Shown piece after piece: positions 1 to 14,818 of a stretch of 64,000 nt of DNA. Positions within the stretch are counted from its first letter, which is position 1, and each line of letters starts with the position of its first letter. Below the pieces are notes generated by a model. That model saw nothing but the letters and a program-made list of their open reading frames with translations, did not search any database and was not told the DNA's origin. Origin of the DNA: Candidatus Marinacidobacterales bacterium (GTDB taxonomy: Bacteria; Acidobacteriota; Vicinamibacteria; Marinacidobacterales; DATDRI01); assembly GCA_965219415.1 (NCBI GenBank), contig CBDCNP010000002.1:3968001-4032000 (forward strand), in the 5' to 3' direction. Both the position numbers and the translations under genes were made by a program.

Positions 1-837
1 TAGCGATGGAACGTTGTCTCGACTTTGCTCCGTTTGCTGTAGCCCGATTCTGTGTGCCACTTTCGTTTGCCGAGCCGAGCTTGTGCTGCAATGTTGCGAT
101 TGCGCTGTCGGCTGCTCGCCGGCCCCGATGCGAGCAGGGCGCCCTTGCGCGGCGGTATCAGCACCCTCGGCGAGCGATGAGCGCTGTGATTCTCGATTGC
201 CTCATAGACGCCGCCGGCGTCGTATGCGGTGTCAGCTCTGGCCGATGAGATGGGACTGTCGATCTGTCCGACAAGCGATGCAACCCGCGATGAATCGCGG
301 GCTCTTTTGCTCGTCAGCTCGCCGGCGACGACTTCGCCACTCTGCTCGTCGACACACAGATGGAGCTTGCGATAGTCCCCGCTCTTTTGTGCTCTGCGCA
401 GCTGGCCGGCGTGGACAGCGAGACCGCTGCTGTCGATCAAGATGTGCAACGGCGTCTTCTGCTTGACTGGGTAGAAGGGGACCTTACCCAGCTTCGGCTT
501 GCGCCTCGAGATCGTGGTGTGATCGGGCACATCATTGTCTAGCTTCATCAGAGCGAACAACGACCGCAGCAATCCCTCGCTCTGCCTAGATGACAGATGA
601 AACACCATGCCCAGGGTGACAGCCGTCTCGATGGCGTGGTTCGAGTACTTGCGTTGACGGCCCGGTTTCCTCCTCCTTGGCCGGGGGCGCGTCCCAGTTC
701 ACAAGCTTGCCGGCGGTGAGCGAGATCCAGACGGTCAGGCTCCCGCGGTTGCGTAGACCCGCCTCATATTCACGCCAATTCTTCACGCGATAGGCCTTCT
801 TCACATACTGCCGCTGAGTGCGTTTGAAAATGCTCAT
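1..837 (-). pseudogene. IS5 family transposase, frameshifted and partial
   Basis: Starts MSIFKRTQ like copy B. It has five G at 683-687 against four in copy B, which shifts the frame. This could be a real lesion or a homopolymer error. Confidence 0.8.
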
Positions 838-903
838 GGGGAACCTCGTATCCGCGAGTACAGGACAATTGTGGACCGAGATCGCGAGTTGTGCACCAAG
901 GCA
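1..903 (-). mobile_element. IS5 family (IS903 group) element, copy A; runs off the window start
   Basis: Near-identical reverse complement of 17888-18790. The terminal IR GAGTTGTGCACCAAGGCA is at 886-903. Confidence 0.92.
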
Positions 904-930
904 CAACTTGGTTGGCTTCCTTCCTTGAAA

Positions 931-1026
931 CCCTCTCCCCCGTGGGGAGAGGGCAGGGTGGGGGTCAGGATGGTCTCTTCTTCCTTTACACCCTCTCCCT
1001 TTGGGAGAGGGTAGGGTGAAGGTCAG
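931..1026. repeat. Tandem pair of REP-like palindromes (CCCTCTCCC-n-GGGAGAGGG)
   Basis: ccctctcccccgtggggagaggg at 931 and ccctctccctttgggagaggg at 991, 60-bp period. Each is followed by nagggtgnnggtcag. Confidence 0.8.
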
Positions 1027-3697
1027 ATGGCACTCTCGGCGGGCACGAAATTAGGACCCCACGAAATTCTTGCGCCCATCGGTGCGGGTGGAATGGGTGA
1101 GGTTTATCGAGCCCAAGACACACGCCTCGAACGCACCGTCGCCATCAAGGTTCTCCCGTCTCACGTAGCGAGTAACCCCGACGCCCGCGCGCGCTTCGAG
1201 CGCGAGGCTCGCGCGGTCTCGAGTTTGAATCATCCTCACATATGTACGCTTCACGATATCGGTCACCAAGATGGCATCGACTTCTTAGTGATGGAGCATA
1301 TCGAGGGAGAGACGCTCGCAGACCGCATCGGCAAAGGCGCGCTGCCTTTGGACCAAGCACTCCAGTACGGGATCGAGATCGCCGATGCGCTCGATAAAGC
1401 GCATCGACAAGGCGTGGTGCACCGCGACCTCAAGCCCGGCAACATCATGCTCACGAAGTCCGGTGCCAAGCTTCTGGACTTTGGACTCGCGAAACTGCAA
1501 GTCGCAGGATCGGGACCCGATCTCTCGGCGCTTCCCACCGAACAAAAATCCCTGACCCAACCGGGAGCAATCCTGGGAACGTTCCAGTACATGGCCCCTG
1601 AGCAGTTAGAAGGCAACGAAGCCGACGCAAGGACCGACATCTTTGCGTTTGGTGCGGTTCTTTATGAAGCGTTGACTGGGCAGAGGGCCTTCCACGGTAA
1701 GAGCCAGGCGAGTCTCATTGGAGCGATTCTCAAGGACGAACCCCCGCCCGTCAGTACCGTTCAGACCATGACTCCCCCGGCTCTGGATCACGTGATCCGG
1801 CGCTGCCTAGCAAAAGAACCGGACGACCGCTGGCAGGCGGGCATCGGACGTCATGCGGGAGCTGAAATGGATCACCGGGGGGGCTCGACCACGACTCTGC
1901 TCCCATCTGGAAGAACACAGTCGCGGCTCGTTGCCGGAATTGGTGTCGGCATTGTCGTTGGCGCGTTGCTGACGGGGTTCGCCGTTTGGGCACTCATGCG
2001 GTCGGACCCGGAGCCCACTCGGCGATTGTCCATGACCTTGCCTGCTCCGCTTGCCTTCGGATTCGCCATGTCTTCCGACGGCACACGGCTTGTGTATGGG
2101 GCCTCGTCTGGCGGTGGCAGGCAACTCTACGTCCGCTCCCTCGACCAGCTCGATGTCACGCCGCTAGCCGGGACCGAAAATGCTGCCCAGCCATTCTTCT
2201 CTCCGGACGGAGAGTGGGTGGGGTTCATTTGAATACCTCGAAGCCAAATTGAAAAAAGTCTCCGTCCACGGTGGCGCAGCACCCATGATTCTGTGCGAAA
2301 CCTCCGCCCCGAGCGGCGCATCCTGGGCCACTGACGGTTACATTATCTTTGCGAAAGAGGCCGACGAGGGTTACGGGCTGTTTCGTGTTCCAGCACGAGG
2401 CGGCGTGCCTGAGGCCTCTACGACGCCCGACACCGCCAACAACGAGCTTTACCACAGGTACCCACAGGTTCTACCAAATGGCAACGATGTCCTTTTCACC
2501 ATCACGGGCGGTGGCACCAACCCTGACCGGATCGCGGTTCTTTCGCTGGACTCCGGCGAATATCGCACCGTGGTTGAAACGGGTTACTACGGGAGGTATG
2601 TACCTAGCGGTCACATCATCTATGCCGTGGGCGGGACGCTCATGGCGGTTCCGTTCGATCTCGGAAGTCTCGAGGCGACCGGTTTTGCGGCCCCGGTGCT
2701 GGAGAACGTTTTCCACACTCGCGGGTTCAGCAGGGCATCTTTCGATTTCTCCCAGGACGGGACCCTAGTCTACCTCTCGGGGTCGACGCCCGATCTGGCA
2801 ACCCTGGTGTCGGTCGATCGTGACGGGGAGAGAGCTTGGGGCGTTCGTTGAGGGACCGCTCGAGAATCCTCGCGGGATTCGCCTTTCCCCGGATGGTCGG
2901 CGAGTCGTCCTGGTCTCGGGCCAGGGGAATGACGCCGGGGATCTATGGGTCTACGACCGAGACGGCCGTCCGCCCATTCGTTTGACGTTCGATGGTAGCA
3001 ACAGCCGTCCCGTTTGGATTCTAGACGGCACACGAATCGCATTTTCATCGACGCGCACCGGCTCCCTCGATCTCTTCTCGATCCCCGCCGATGGCAGTAA
3101 CTCCGACCCCGAGCTTCTCTTGACAAGTCAAGACGCTAAGCACGCACGAACCTGGTCGCCCCAGACCGGGGAGCTCCTCTTCGACCATGTCCTTATACCA
3201 TATCCGACGTCTTTGCGATCCCGGTCGAAGGGGAGCGCGAACCCAAAGCTGTTGTCCAGGGGAAACCCGTTGAAGGCCTAAGTTCGCTTTCATCCGACGG
3301 TCGATGGCTCGCCTATGTGTCGACCGTGACAGGCGGCGATCTCGAAGTGTGGGTGCGATCGTACCCGGACCCAGGTACCGCTACACGGGTCTCACGCAAT
3401 GGAGGTGTGGAGCCGGTCTGGGGCCCGGGTGATGAAGAACTGTACTACCTAAACCTGGCGGGAGATAAGATCATGGCGGTGAGGGTTTACACCGAACCCG
3501 ATTTCCGGTTCGAAGCGCCGACAACGTTGTTCGAAGGGGGGTATTCGCACGTCACTCAAGGTGCGCCAACATACGACGTAGGCCCCGACGGACAGTTCGT
3601 GATGGCGAAGCCGTCCGGCGGGGACGAATCAGGCAGGCAGCTCGTTGTCGTTCTCAACTGGTTCGAGGAACTCGAACGGCTAGTCCCTACCAAGTAG
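1027..3697 (+). pseudogene. Ser/Thr protein kinase with C-terminal TolB/PD40-like repeats, split by several frameshifts
   Basis: Kinase motifs GAGGMGEVY, VAIK, HRDLKPGN, DFG and YMAPE, then FSPDG repeats and a terminal LNWFEELERLVPTK. The protein is spread over ORFs 1027-2232, 2180-2851, 2820-3281 and 3317-3697. Confidence 0.85.
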
Positions 3698-3701
3698 AGC
3701 C

Positions 3702-4061
3702 CTACGACTTCTTCCCTCCGTAGGCCTTCAGCAGTCTCCCGATCTGAGTGCGGCTCACGGGAAGCACGCGGTTCACGGGAGGCTCGAGCTTGAGCTCCCA
3801 GTCCTCTCCTTTCCGTCGGCGCCGGATCTCTCGGATCCGTCCCAGGTTGACGGCATGGTTGTGGTGCACGCGGAAGAATCCGTGAGGTGTAAAGAAAGGG
3901 AAAACCTCACCCAGAGAGCGAACGTCCCGGAGCCTTCGGGCGCGCCGGGTGCGTACCAGGGTCTCGTCTCCCACCGCCTCGAGAAAGTACACATCGGCGG
4001 GGTCGATGGGCACCCGGTGGTACTCGGAAAGATGGAGGAGGACGCGCTCGATTCGAGCCAT
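3702..4061 (-). CDS. Stand-alone LytTR DNA-binding domain protein
   Basis: VYFLEA..., GFFRVHHNHAVNL and LPVSR motifs typical of LytTR. Confidence 0.85.
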   Translation of the reverse strand: MARIERVLLHLSEYHRVPIDPADVYFLEAVGDETLVRTRRARRLRDVRSLGEVFPFFTPHGFFRVHHNHAVNLGRIREIRRRRKGEDWELKLEPPVNRVLPVSRTQIGRLLKAYGGKKS

Positions 4062-4239
4062 CGGGAACTTCTAGCACACGTTGCCGTTCTAAGGAACCCG
4101 TTGCGGCTCTGGGGGGATGAGCTGCGGTTCCATGGAACCGGCTGCGGAGGTACGACGACTCGAGTTTCTTGTTGAACTGCGTCCGGACGCAGTTGCACCG
4201 GGCCAACCTCTTGACCCGAGCCCGCGCCCGTTTGCTTAG

Positions 4240-4825
4240 CTACGCGGTCTTCCCCCATGGAAAAGTAGTAAAGGGCTTCCGCGGTTTTGTCGGCTGCTTC
4301 CTTGCCCGCAATCTTGGCCACCAAGGCAAGCGAGGCGTCGTAGGTATGCAATTCCCCAATCGAGCTCATCATGTTGCCGTCAGTAACGATGTGCTCGTCG
4401 TCGACGACCTTCGCTTCGGGGAAACGCTTGGCCAGATCCTCGGTCCCACCGATGTATGTAGTAACTCGCCGGCCCTCGAGTAGGCACGCCTTGCCGAGCA
4501 GGAAAGCCCCGGCGCAATTGCTGGCGACGAACTTCGCTTTTTCGGCGCGGTCCTTGATGAATCCGATCAGCTTTTCGTTCGCCAATAAGGGCTCCACGTC
4601 GAGGCCGCCGGGGACAACCAAGACATCAATCGGCGGACAATTCGCGAAATCGTAGTCGGGCTCGACGCGCAGACCTTCCTCGCTCACGACGACCTTTTTC
4701 TCTTCGGCGACCAGGAACGGCTCGAACGGAACCGACCCCTTCTTCCCCGCCTTGGCGAAGATCTCGATGGGGGCGGTGACTTCACTGGTCAAGAACTTAT
4801 CAAATACAACGATACCAACCTTCAT
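4240..4825 (-). CDS. DJ-1/PfpI family protein; probable 1-bp indel near the 3' end
   Basis: DVLVVPGG and ASNCAGAFLL (catalytic Cys). As sequenced the ORF runs on to 3773. Removing one T near 4261 gives a natural end YYFPWGKTA* at 4240. Confidence 0.8.
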
Positions 4826-4829
4826 TCCT

Positions 4830-6305
4830 TCATCCTCCGTTAACTTCTTCTGGAAAAAACCGCCGTAGGGCCTCAGCCGAGACGGGTTGCCCTAAGGGCG
4901 TCAATGTAAACATGAGTAGCCCGGAGATAAAAAGCCCGGGCAGAATCGGGTGGACGACCTTGACCCACGACATATCGGCCAGGGTGAGTACCGTCCAAAC
5001 CGCGGTCGTGAGTCCCCCCCAGACGCAAGACGCTACCGCCGCTTGCCTGGAAACGCGGCGGTTCGTCAGGCCGACGAGCAGCGGGAAAAAGAAACTGGCC
5101 CCGACAATGGCGAGGGCGTAGGCGACCAGCTCCAATATTAGCGCAACATCCGGCACCGAGCCGAAAAACGCCAAGGCGCCGCCGACGAGAATCGTATAGC
5201 GAGAAATGCGCAGGTAGTAGCGTTCGTCCCGGACGATTCCGCGCGGCTCATGCACGCACTTCCTCACCACGTCGTGGGCGATGGCGGCACCCGACATGAG
5301 TAGCAGCGAATCGGTGGTCGACATGATGGCGCACGCGACACCGGTAAGTGCGATCGCCGCGAGGGCCGGGGCGAGCGTCTGCGCCACCAGAGCCGGGAAC
5401 GCCTGATCAGGAGTCGCGATCGAGTCCCAGACCAGAACCCGCGCCGCCGCTCCCAAGTAGACGCCGGTGAAAACCAGCAGACCCATGACGATCAAAGCCG
5501 TCCATGGGAGGGCGCGCCGGGCAACTTTGTCATCGCGCGCGGCGAAGACCTTGGTGACCAACTCGAGTCGAGTGCTGTAGGCGACGAGCACCAAGATGTA
5601 CCAGGAAAGTAGGAACGTCCAAGACCAGGTCACGCCGGTCGGTGAGGTCCAGCCGGGGGCCACCTCTTCAACCTTGAGAAGCACCTCGAACCATCCTCCT
5701 GCCGCGCTGGAGACGCCCACCGCCACGACGATGAGCCCCAACCACATCATCAAGAACTGCGCCGCGTTCGTCCAGACGATCGCCAGGAGGCCACCCAAGG
5801 CGACATAGGAAACGAAAATGACGGTCCCCAATAGCTGCCCCCAGATCACGTCGATGCCCAACAGTCTTTCGAGAACGAATCCCATGCCCCTAATCTGCGC
5901 GATCAGATAAATCACGCTGGTGAGAGCCACGACGCCGGCGCTCCAGGCGCGGAGAAATCGGCTGTCGAAGCGGTCTCCCATGTAGTCGGGGAGCGTGAAG
6001 CCTCCCGACTTCCGGAGTTTCTTGGCGAAGAAAAACAAGATGACGGCAAAGCCCAGCGCATACGCGAAAGTGGTGGTGATCGCCACGCCGCCGATGTGGC
6101 CAGCGAATGCCAGATGACTCATGATCGCCCCGCCGTGGACCATGGCCGCCACGTTGGCCATGACCATCATCGGTACGCCGAAACGACGGCCGGCAACCCA
6201 GAAGTCTTCGGAAGTCTTTTGAAAGCGGAAGGAAACCAGGCCGATAACGACCATCACCCCCAGATAGACGGCGAAGACAATGGGGCCGATGGTGCCGAGC
6301 GGCAT
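4830..6305 (-). CDS. Sodium:solute symporter family transporter
   Basis: EDFWVAGR, FTLPDYMGDRF, YVALGGL and AIMSTTDSLLL motifs; many TM segments. Confidence 0.9.
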   Translation of the reverse strand: MPLGTIGPIVFAVYLGVMVVIGLVSFRFQKTSEDFWVAGRRFGVPMMVMANVAAMVHGGAIMSHLAFAGHIGGVAITTTFAYALGFAVILFFFAKKLRKSGGFTLPDYMGDRFDSRFLRAWSAGVVALTSVIYLIAQIRGMGFVLERLLGIDVIWGQLLGTVIFVSYVALGGLLAIVWTNAAQFLMMWLGLIVVAVGVSSAAGGWFEVLLKVEEVAPGWTSPTGVTWSWTFLLSWYILVLVAYSTRLELVTKVFAARDDKVARRALPWTALIVMGLLVFTGVYLGAAARVLVWDSIATPDQAFPALVAQTLAPALAAIALTGVACAIMSTTDSLLLMSGAAIAHDVVRKCVHEPRGIVRDERYYLRISRYTILVGGALAFFGSVPDVALILELVAYALAIVGASFFFPLLVGLTNRRVSRQAAVASCVWGGLTTAVWTVLTLADMSWVKVVHPILPGLFISGLLMFTLTPLGQPVSAEALRRFFPEEVNGG

Positions 6306-6317
6306 AGAAGCCAGAGA

Positions 6318-6821
6318 CTACATCTGGACGTCTTTGGGGTCGACGTTCCAGACCGACAGCTCGAGCGTGATCCCGTTCGGGTCGGTCAACGTAATCGTGT
6401 CGAGAATCTCATGGGAAATCGTGGTGTAGGCGACGTTTCGCTCTTTGAGGCGCTTTTCGACCGCGGCGTACTGTTCCCGGGTAACCGTGAGGGCCCCATG
6501 GTGGTATCCGCCTTTTCCGACCTTGGCAGGCTCATTGACGTTGTTGAGACGCAGGAAAGCCAGGAGCTCGCCACGACCCATATCGAAGAAGACCTGGGTG
6601 GATTGAGGGTCGTTGTCCATCGCTCGCACGCGCAGCATCTTCAAGCGGATCACCTGGGTATAGAACTCGATGGTCTTGTCGATATCCCTGGTGATGAAGG
6701 CCAGGTGATTGACTCCATCGGCCTCGCTCTCGAACCCGGTGTAGGTGCTGTCCTTGTCCTTGATGTAGCGGGCGATGAGGTCTTCCCGCTCCTTCTCTGC
6801 TTCCTGCACACTCATTGACAT
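6318..6821 (-). CDS. VOC/glyoxalase family protein
   Basis: GVNHLAF...FYTQV, YHHGAL and DPNGITLEL motifs. Confidence 0.85.
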   Translation of the reverse strand: MSMSVQEAEKEREDLIARYIKDKDSTYTGFESEADGVNHLAFITRDIDKTIEFYTQVIRLKMLRVRAMDNDPQSTQVFFDMGRGELLAFLRLNNVNEPAKVGKGGYHHGALTVTREQYAAVEKRLKERNVAYTTISHEILDTITLTDPNGITLELSVWNVDPKDVQM

Positions 6822-6941
6822 TCCAAACCTCCCTGTAAACGCGTGGCAAGAAGTAACACGTTGCTGGCTGGCTCTGCAAGCGCATTTCCGGCAATACTGC
6901 CCGCTAGTGTGTTAAACAGTCTCACTCAGAAAGGAACCTAG

Positions 6942-7337
6942 ATGAGCACGGAAAGACGATGGATCGGCAGTGGGGTCAAATCAGAAGAGATGTTCGGCTA
7001 CTCCCGGGCCACCCGGGTGGGAGACCGGATTCTCGTGTCGGCGACCGCGGCCTCGGAGCCGGACGGAATCGTGGCACGTGGCGATGCGGGCGGCCAGGCA
7101 CGTCATATTCTCCAGAAGATTGAAGAGGCCGTTAAAGAGCTGGGCGGGACGCGAGAGGACATCGTCTTCACCCGCGTCTACTTGAAGAAGAAGGAGGACC
7201 TGATGGCCATCGCCCCGGCCCATGCGGAGTATTTTGGGGAGACCCGGCCGGCGAGCACGCTGGTACTGACCGGATTCGTCGACGATGACTTCTTGCTCGA
7301 GATAGAGGCGGAAGCGGTGATTGGGTCTGGGAAGTAG
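6942..7337 (+). CDS. Rid (RidA/YjgF) family protein
   Basis: GYSRATRVG, RPASTLV and LLEIEAEA motifs. Confidence 0.88.
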   Translation: MSTERRWIGSGVKSEEMFGYSRATRVGDRILVSATAASEPDGIVARGDAGGQARHILQKIEEAVKELGGTREDIVFTRVYLKKKEDLMAIAPAHAEYFGETRPASTLVLTGFVDDDFLLEIEAEAVIGSGK

Positions 7338-7853
7338 TTACTTATTCTCGTTCTGATAAAGCCCGGCGTAGGTCTTCTCGGCCGGGGCATCGAGGCCGAA
7401 GAACACGAGCTGGATGATGCGGGCATCCTTTTGAAGCCGCAGGCCGGCGGGGTTCTCGACGACTAGAAGCGATCCGCTCCGGCCGGAGTAGCCGGAATCC
7501 CAGAGCGCGGTCTTCACACTGGCACCGCTCCGGAGGACGCTAGAACGGGTGCGCGCCAACGCGAACGCGTCGGGAGGAATGTTCACCACCTCGTTGTAGA
7601 CGACCCAGTACAAGCCACGCTCCAGATTCCACCACCCTTCCCCGTCGGGCTCGATGGGGTTGGTGTCGGGCGTGCGTCGATTCGAGTTGTCGAAATCGAT
7701 CGCGCCGGGCTCATCCGCGAACGCCGCGACTTCACGTAAGGTGAAATCGACCCCGTTCATCTGGATTTGGGTCTCAGGATCGCGGAGGTTTTCGATGAGA
7801 GGCGGATTCGCGTCCAGTCGCTTTGAGAGCTCTGGGCCGTGGATTAGTTTCAC
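7338..7853 (-). CDS. dUTP diphosphatase, dCTP-deaminase-like (archaeal type)
   Basis: QMNGVDFTL, RSSVLRSG, WDSGYSG and RIIQLVF motifs. GTG start at 7853, just after the dcd stop. Confidence 0.8.
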   Translation of the reverse strand: MKLIHGPELSKRLDANPPLIENLRDPETQIQMNGVDFTLREVAAFADEPGAIDFDNSNRRTPDTNPIEPDGEGWWNLERGLYWVVYNEVVNIPPDAFALARTRSSVLRSGASVKTALWDSGYSGRSGSLLVVENPAGLRLQKDARIIQLVFFGLDAPAEKTYAGLYQNENK

Positions 7854-7858
7854 AGAGG

Positions 7859-8413
7859 CTAAAGCCTCGGCAGCGTGATGTCTTGCTGCCCTTGATACTT
7901 CCCGACCTTGTCCTTGTAGGAGCGCTCGCACACCTCGTCGCTTTCGAAGAACAAGACCTGCGCGATCCCCTCGTTGGCATAGATACGACACGGGAGGGGT
8001 GTGGTGTTGGAGATCTCGAGCGTCGCGTTCCCTTCCCATTCCGCATCGAAGCCGGTGACATTGATGATGATCCCGCAGCGGGCATAGGTGGACTTGCCGA
8101 TGGTGAGCCCGTAGACATTTCGCGGTATCCGGAAGTCCTCGACGGTGCGTGACAGCGCGAACGAATTGGGCGGGATGATGCAGACGTCTCCCTTGTAGTC
8201 CACGAAGCTCTTGGGGTCGAAGTTCTTGGGATCGACGACGGCGGTGTTGACGTTGGTGAAAATCTTGAACTCATCCGCCACACGGATGTCGTAGCCGTAG
8301 GAGGATAGGCCGTAGGAGATGACTCCCTCTCGCACCGAGTGGTCGACAAACGGGTCGATCATCTTGTGCTCGAGCGCCATTTTCTTGATCCAGTGATCGG
8401 GCTTGATGGCCAT
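7859..8413 (-). CDS. dcd: dCTP deaminase
   Basis: [32 protein letters not shown] and GKYQGQ motifs. Confidence 0.95.
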   Translation of the reverse strand: MAIKPDHWIKKMALEHKMIDPFVDHSVREGVISYGLSSYGYDIRVADEFKIFTNVNTAVVDPKNFDPKSFVDYKGDVCIIPPNSFALSRTVEDFRIPRNVYGLTIGKSTYARCGIIINVTGFDAEWEGNATLEISNTTPLPCRIYANEGIAQVLFFESDEVCERSYKDKVGKYQGQQDITLPRL

Positions 8414-8416
8414 TCC

Positions 8417-8835
8417 TTACCCCCGGTGGATCTCCAGCGCGTTGAAGAAGTACGGGATCTCGACGGCGGCCGATTCGAGTGAGTCGGAGCCGTGAATGAT
8501 GTTGCTCTCGATCCCGGTCGCAAACTCCTTGCGAAGAGTCCCCTCCGCCGCCTTGGCCGGATCGGTCGCCCCCATCACATCACGAAGGTGAGTGATGGCG
8601 TTATCGCGCTCGAGGACCAGAACAACCGAAGGCCCCGAAGACATGAAGTCGGTTAGGCTTCCAAAGAAGGGTCGCTCGCAGTGGACGGCGTAGAACCCTT
8701 CCGCCTCCTTCTTGCTCATGTGAACGAGTTTCATGCCCAGGGTCGTGAACCCCTCCGCCTCGAGGCGGGCCAGGATTTTCCCCGCGACTCCCTGTCGCAC
8801 GCCATCGGGCTTAATGATCGAGAATGTTTTTTGAC

Positions 8836-8839
<4 letters not shown>
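8417..8839 (-). CDS. ndk: Nucleoside diphosphate kinase
   Basis: [14 protein letters not shown] and NIIHGSDS motifs. Confidence 0.97.
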
Positions 8840-13209
<4,370 letters not shown>

Positions 13210-13379
13210 AACACTCCTGTTCTGATTGGTTTCGAGCTGGGCGACGGGGTAGAAAATCGGCCGAAATACCCCGTAAAACGCAGTGCTCAGCTCTTCAAAA
13301 GGGCCTTCAGTGGAACACATCCGGGAGGGGAAAATCAACCCAGGATGCGGACTTTATGGGCTTTTTTCGGCTGTGTGGC

Positions 13380-14522
13380 CTACTCGCCCAGACGCAGCGG
13401 CACCGACAGCCGATGGTTACCCCACCAAGCGGCCAACATCGCGCGGCGGCCGTCCTCTTCGTCAGGGTAAATCTCGATGGTCATGAGCTCATTGGTGCTC
13501 TCGGTGAGCTCATGCTTCAGCCTTACTCGCCTTCCGCCGGTGGTCTCGAACGCCATGACCGGATCGAGCTGAAGCTCCCGGACCGCGGCGGGATCGAGTA
13601 CGCGTAGGTACCAGTCGTCAGAGTCGGCGGGCGAGTCCGCGGGCCGCTCGCCGACGAGGTAGTAGTCCCCCGGCTCGATGGCGACGTCGCCCAGGACCAA
13701 GGGGGTGTTCGTGTCCAACGTCGTCCACCAATTGCGGCCAAATCGCCACCTCTTTCCTTTCGTCACCGCGTCGAACTGCTCGACGTACTCTGGCTTCCAT
13801 TCGGGCTGTCCGTAGGCGACGGTGACGAGACCGTCGTCGTGAACGAGGCGCGACATCTTTCTCGGCGCCTCGAGTCCCAAGGCTTCGACGTCTTTGCCCG
13901 CCGTCTCCGGTTCGGCGAGGAGATCTACCGTCCATTCATTGGGCCCGAAGCGGATGCGGAGATCGACTAATCCCGGAGGAGTGTCGGCGGTGGGAAACTG
14001 GATCATGAGTTTCTCGGCCGATTCATCCAGCGGCGCGTGCTTGAGAGCGGCGCGATGTCCGCCCGTCGTTTCGCCGACCTGAGTGATGTCGAGACCGGCG
14101 GCGCGAACTTCCGTTGAGTCAAGCAGTATGAGGTCGAAGCTCTCATCGGTGCGTTCCATCACGAGATAGTACTTCCCGGGTGACAGCTCGGCATCGCCGA
14201 CCGTTAGTCCCGAATTGATGTCGAGGGTCGTCCAGAAGTCGCGACCGAGCCCCCATCGTTCGCCCGGGGCGAGCCCGTCGAGCTCTTTTTGTACGGCTTC
14301 ACTCCATTCCGGCTGGCCGTACTGGATGGCGGGCTCGGCGAGATCGCGATGCCGTGGATCCCTGCCGGTCAAGGTGCGATCGAAATAGCCTGCGCGAACA
14401 TCGAAGCGAGGCACGGTATCGGCTTTGATCGCAGGGTCGTCGACTTCGTTCACTGGATCCGGTGGCGTGGCACACGCGAACAAGAACGAGAGTCCGATGG
14501 CGATACCGCTTTTCTTCTTCAA
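13380..14522 (-). CDS. Lipoprotein with two tandem DUF2911-like domains
   Basis: Lipobox LFAC. The internal repeat YGQPEW...W.(L/F)GR..WTTLD...G.YYLV occurs twice. Confidence 0.65.
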   Translation of the reverse strand: MKKKSGIAIGLSFLFACATPPDPVNEVDDPAIKADTVPRFDVRAGYFDRTLTGRDPRHRDLAEPAIQYGQPEWSEAVQKELDGLAPGERWGLGRDFWTTLDINSGLTVGDAELSPGKYYLVMERTDESFDLILLDSTEVRAAGLDITQVGETTGGHRAALKHAPLDESAEKLMIQFPTADTPPGLVDLRIRFGPNEWTVDLLAEPETAGKDVEALGLEAPRKMSRLVHDDGLVTVAYGQPEWKPEYVEQFDAVTKGKRWRFGRNWWTTLDTNTPLVLGDVAIEPGDYYLVGERPADSPADSDDWYLRVLDPAAVRELQLDPVMAFETTGGRRVRLKHELTESTNELMTIEIYPDEEDGRRAMLAAWWGNHRLSVPLRLGE

Positions 14523-14818
14523 GAGCCCTCCCAGTTGCGAGCAAGTCTATTCGATGGGGACGAGGCGCTTCAACTCGATGAGGCGGGCAGCGGACTACCG
14601 CGAGACCTTGTCCGGACAAGATTCCGTGAGTTCCTGCACGGGCTCGGCTTCGGAAGGTTCAGTTCGTGTATGGAAAATCCTCTCCCGCACCGGCTATCTC
14701 CAAGAACTCGCGACTCCATCGCCGCCGCTTGGGCTCCAAAATCACCCTTTGGCCGTTCCGGTAGATCAGTACCTCGTCCTCACCCTCGAAGCGATACCCC
14801 TTCGGCTGTCGCACGGCT

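Noticed and set aside
3773-4239. Apparent DJ-1 C-terminal fusion domain
   Set aside because: It runs out of frame through the LytTR gene and is explained by one extra base near 4261.
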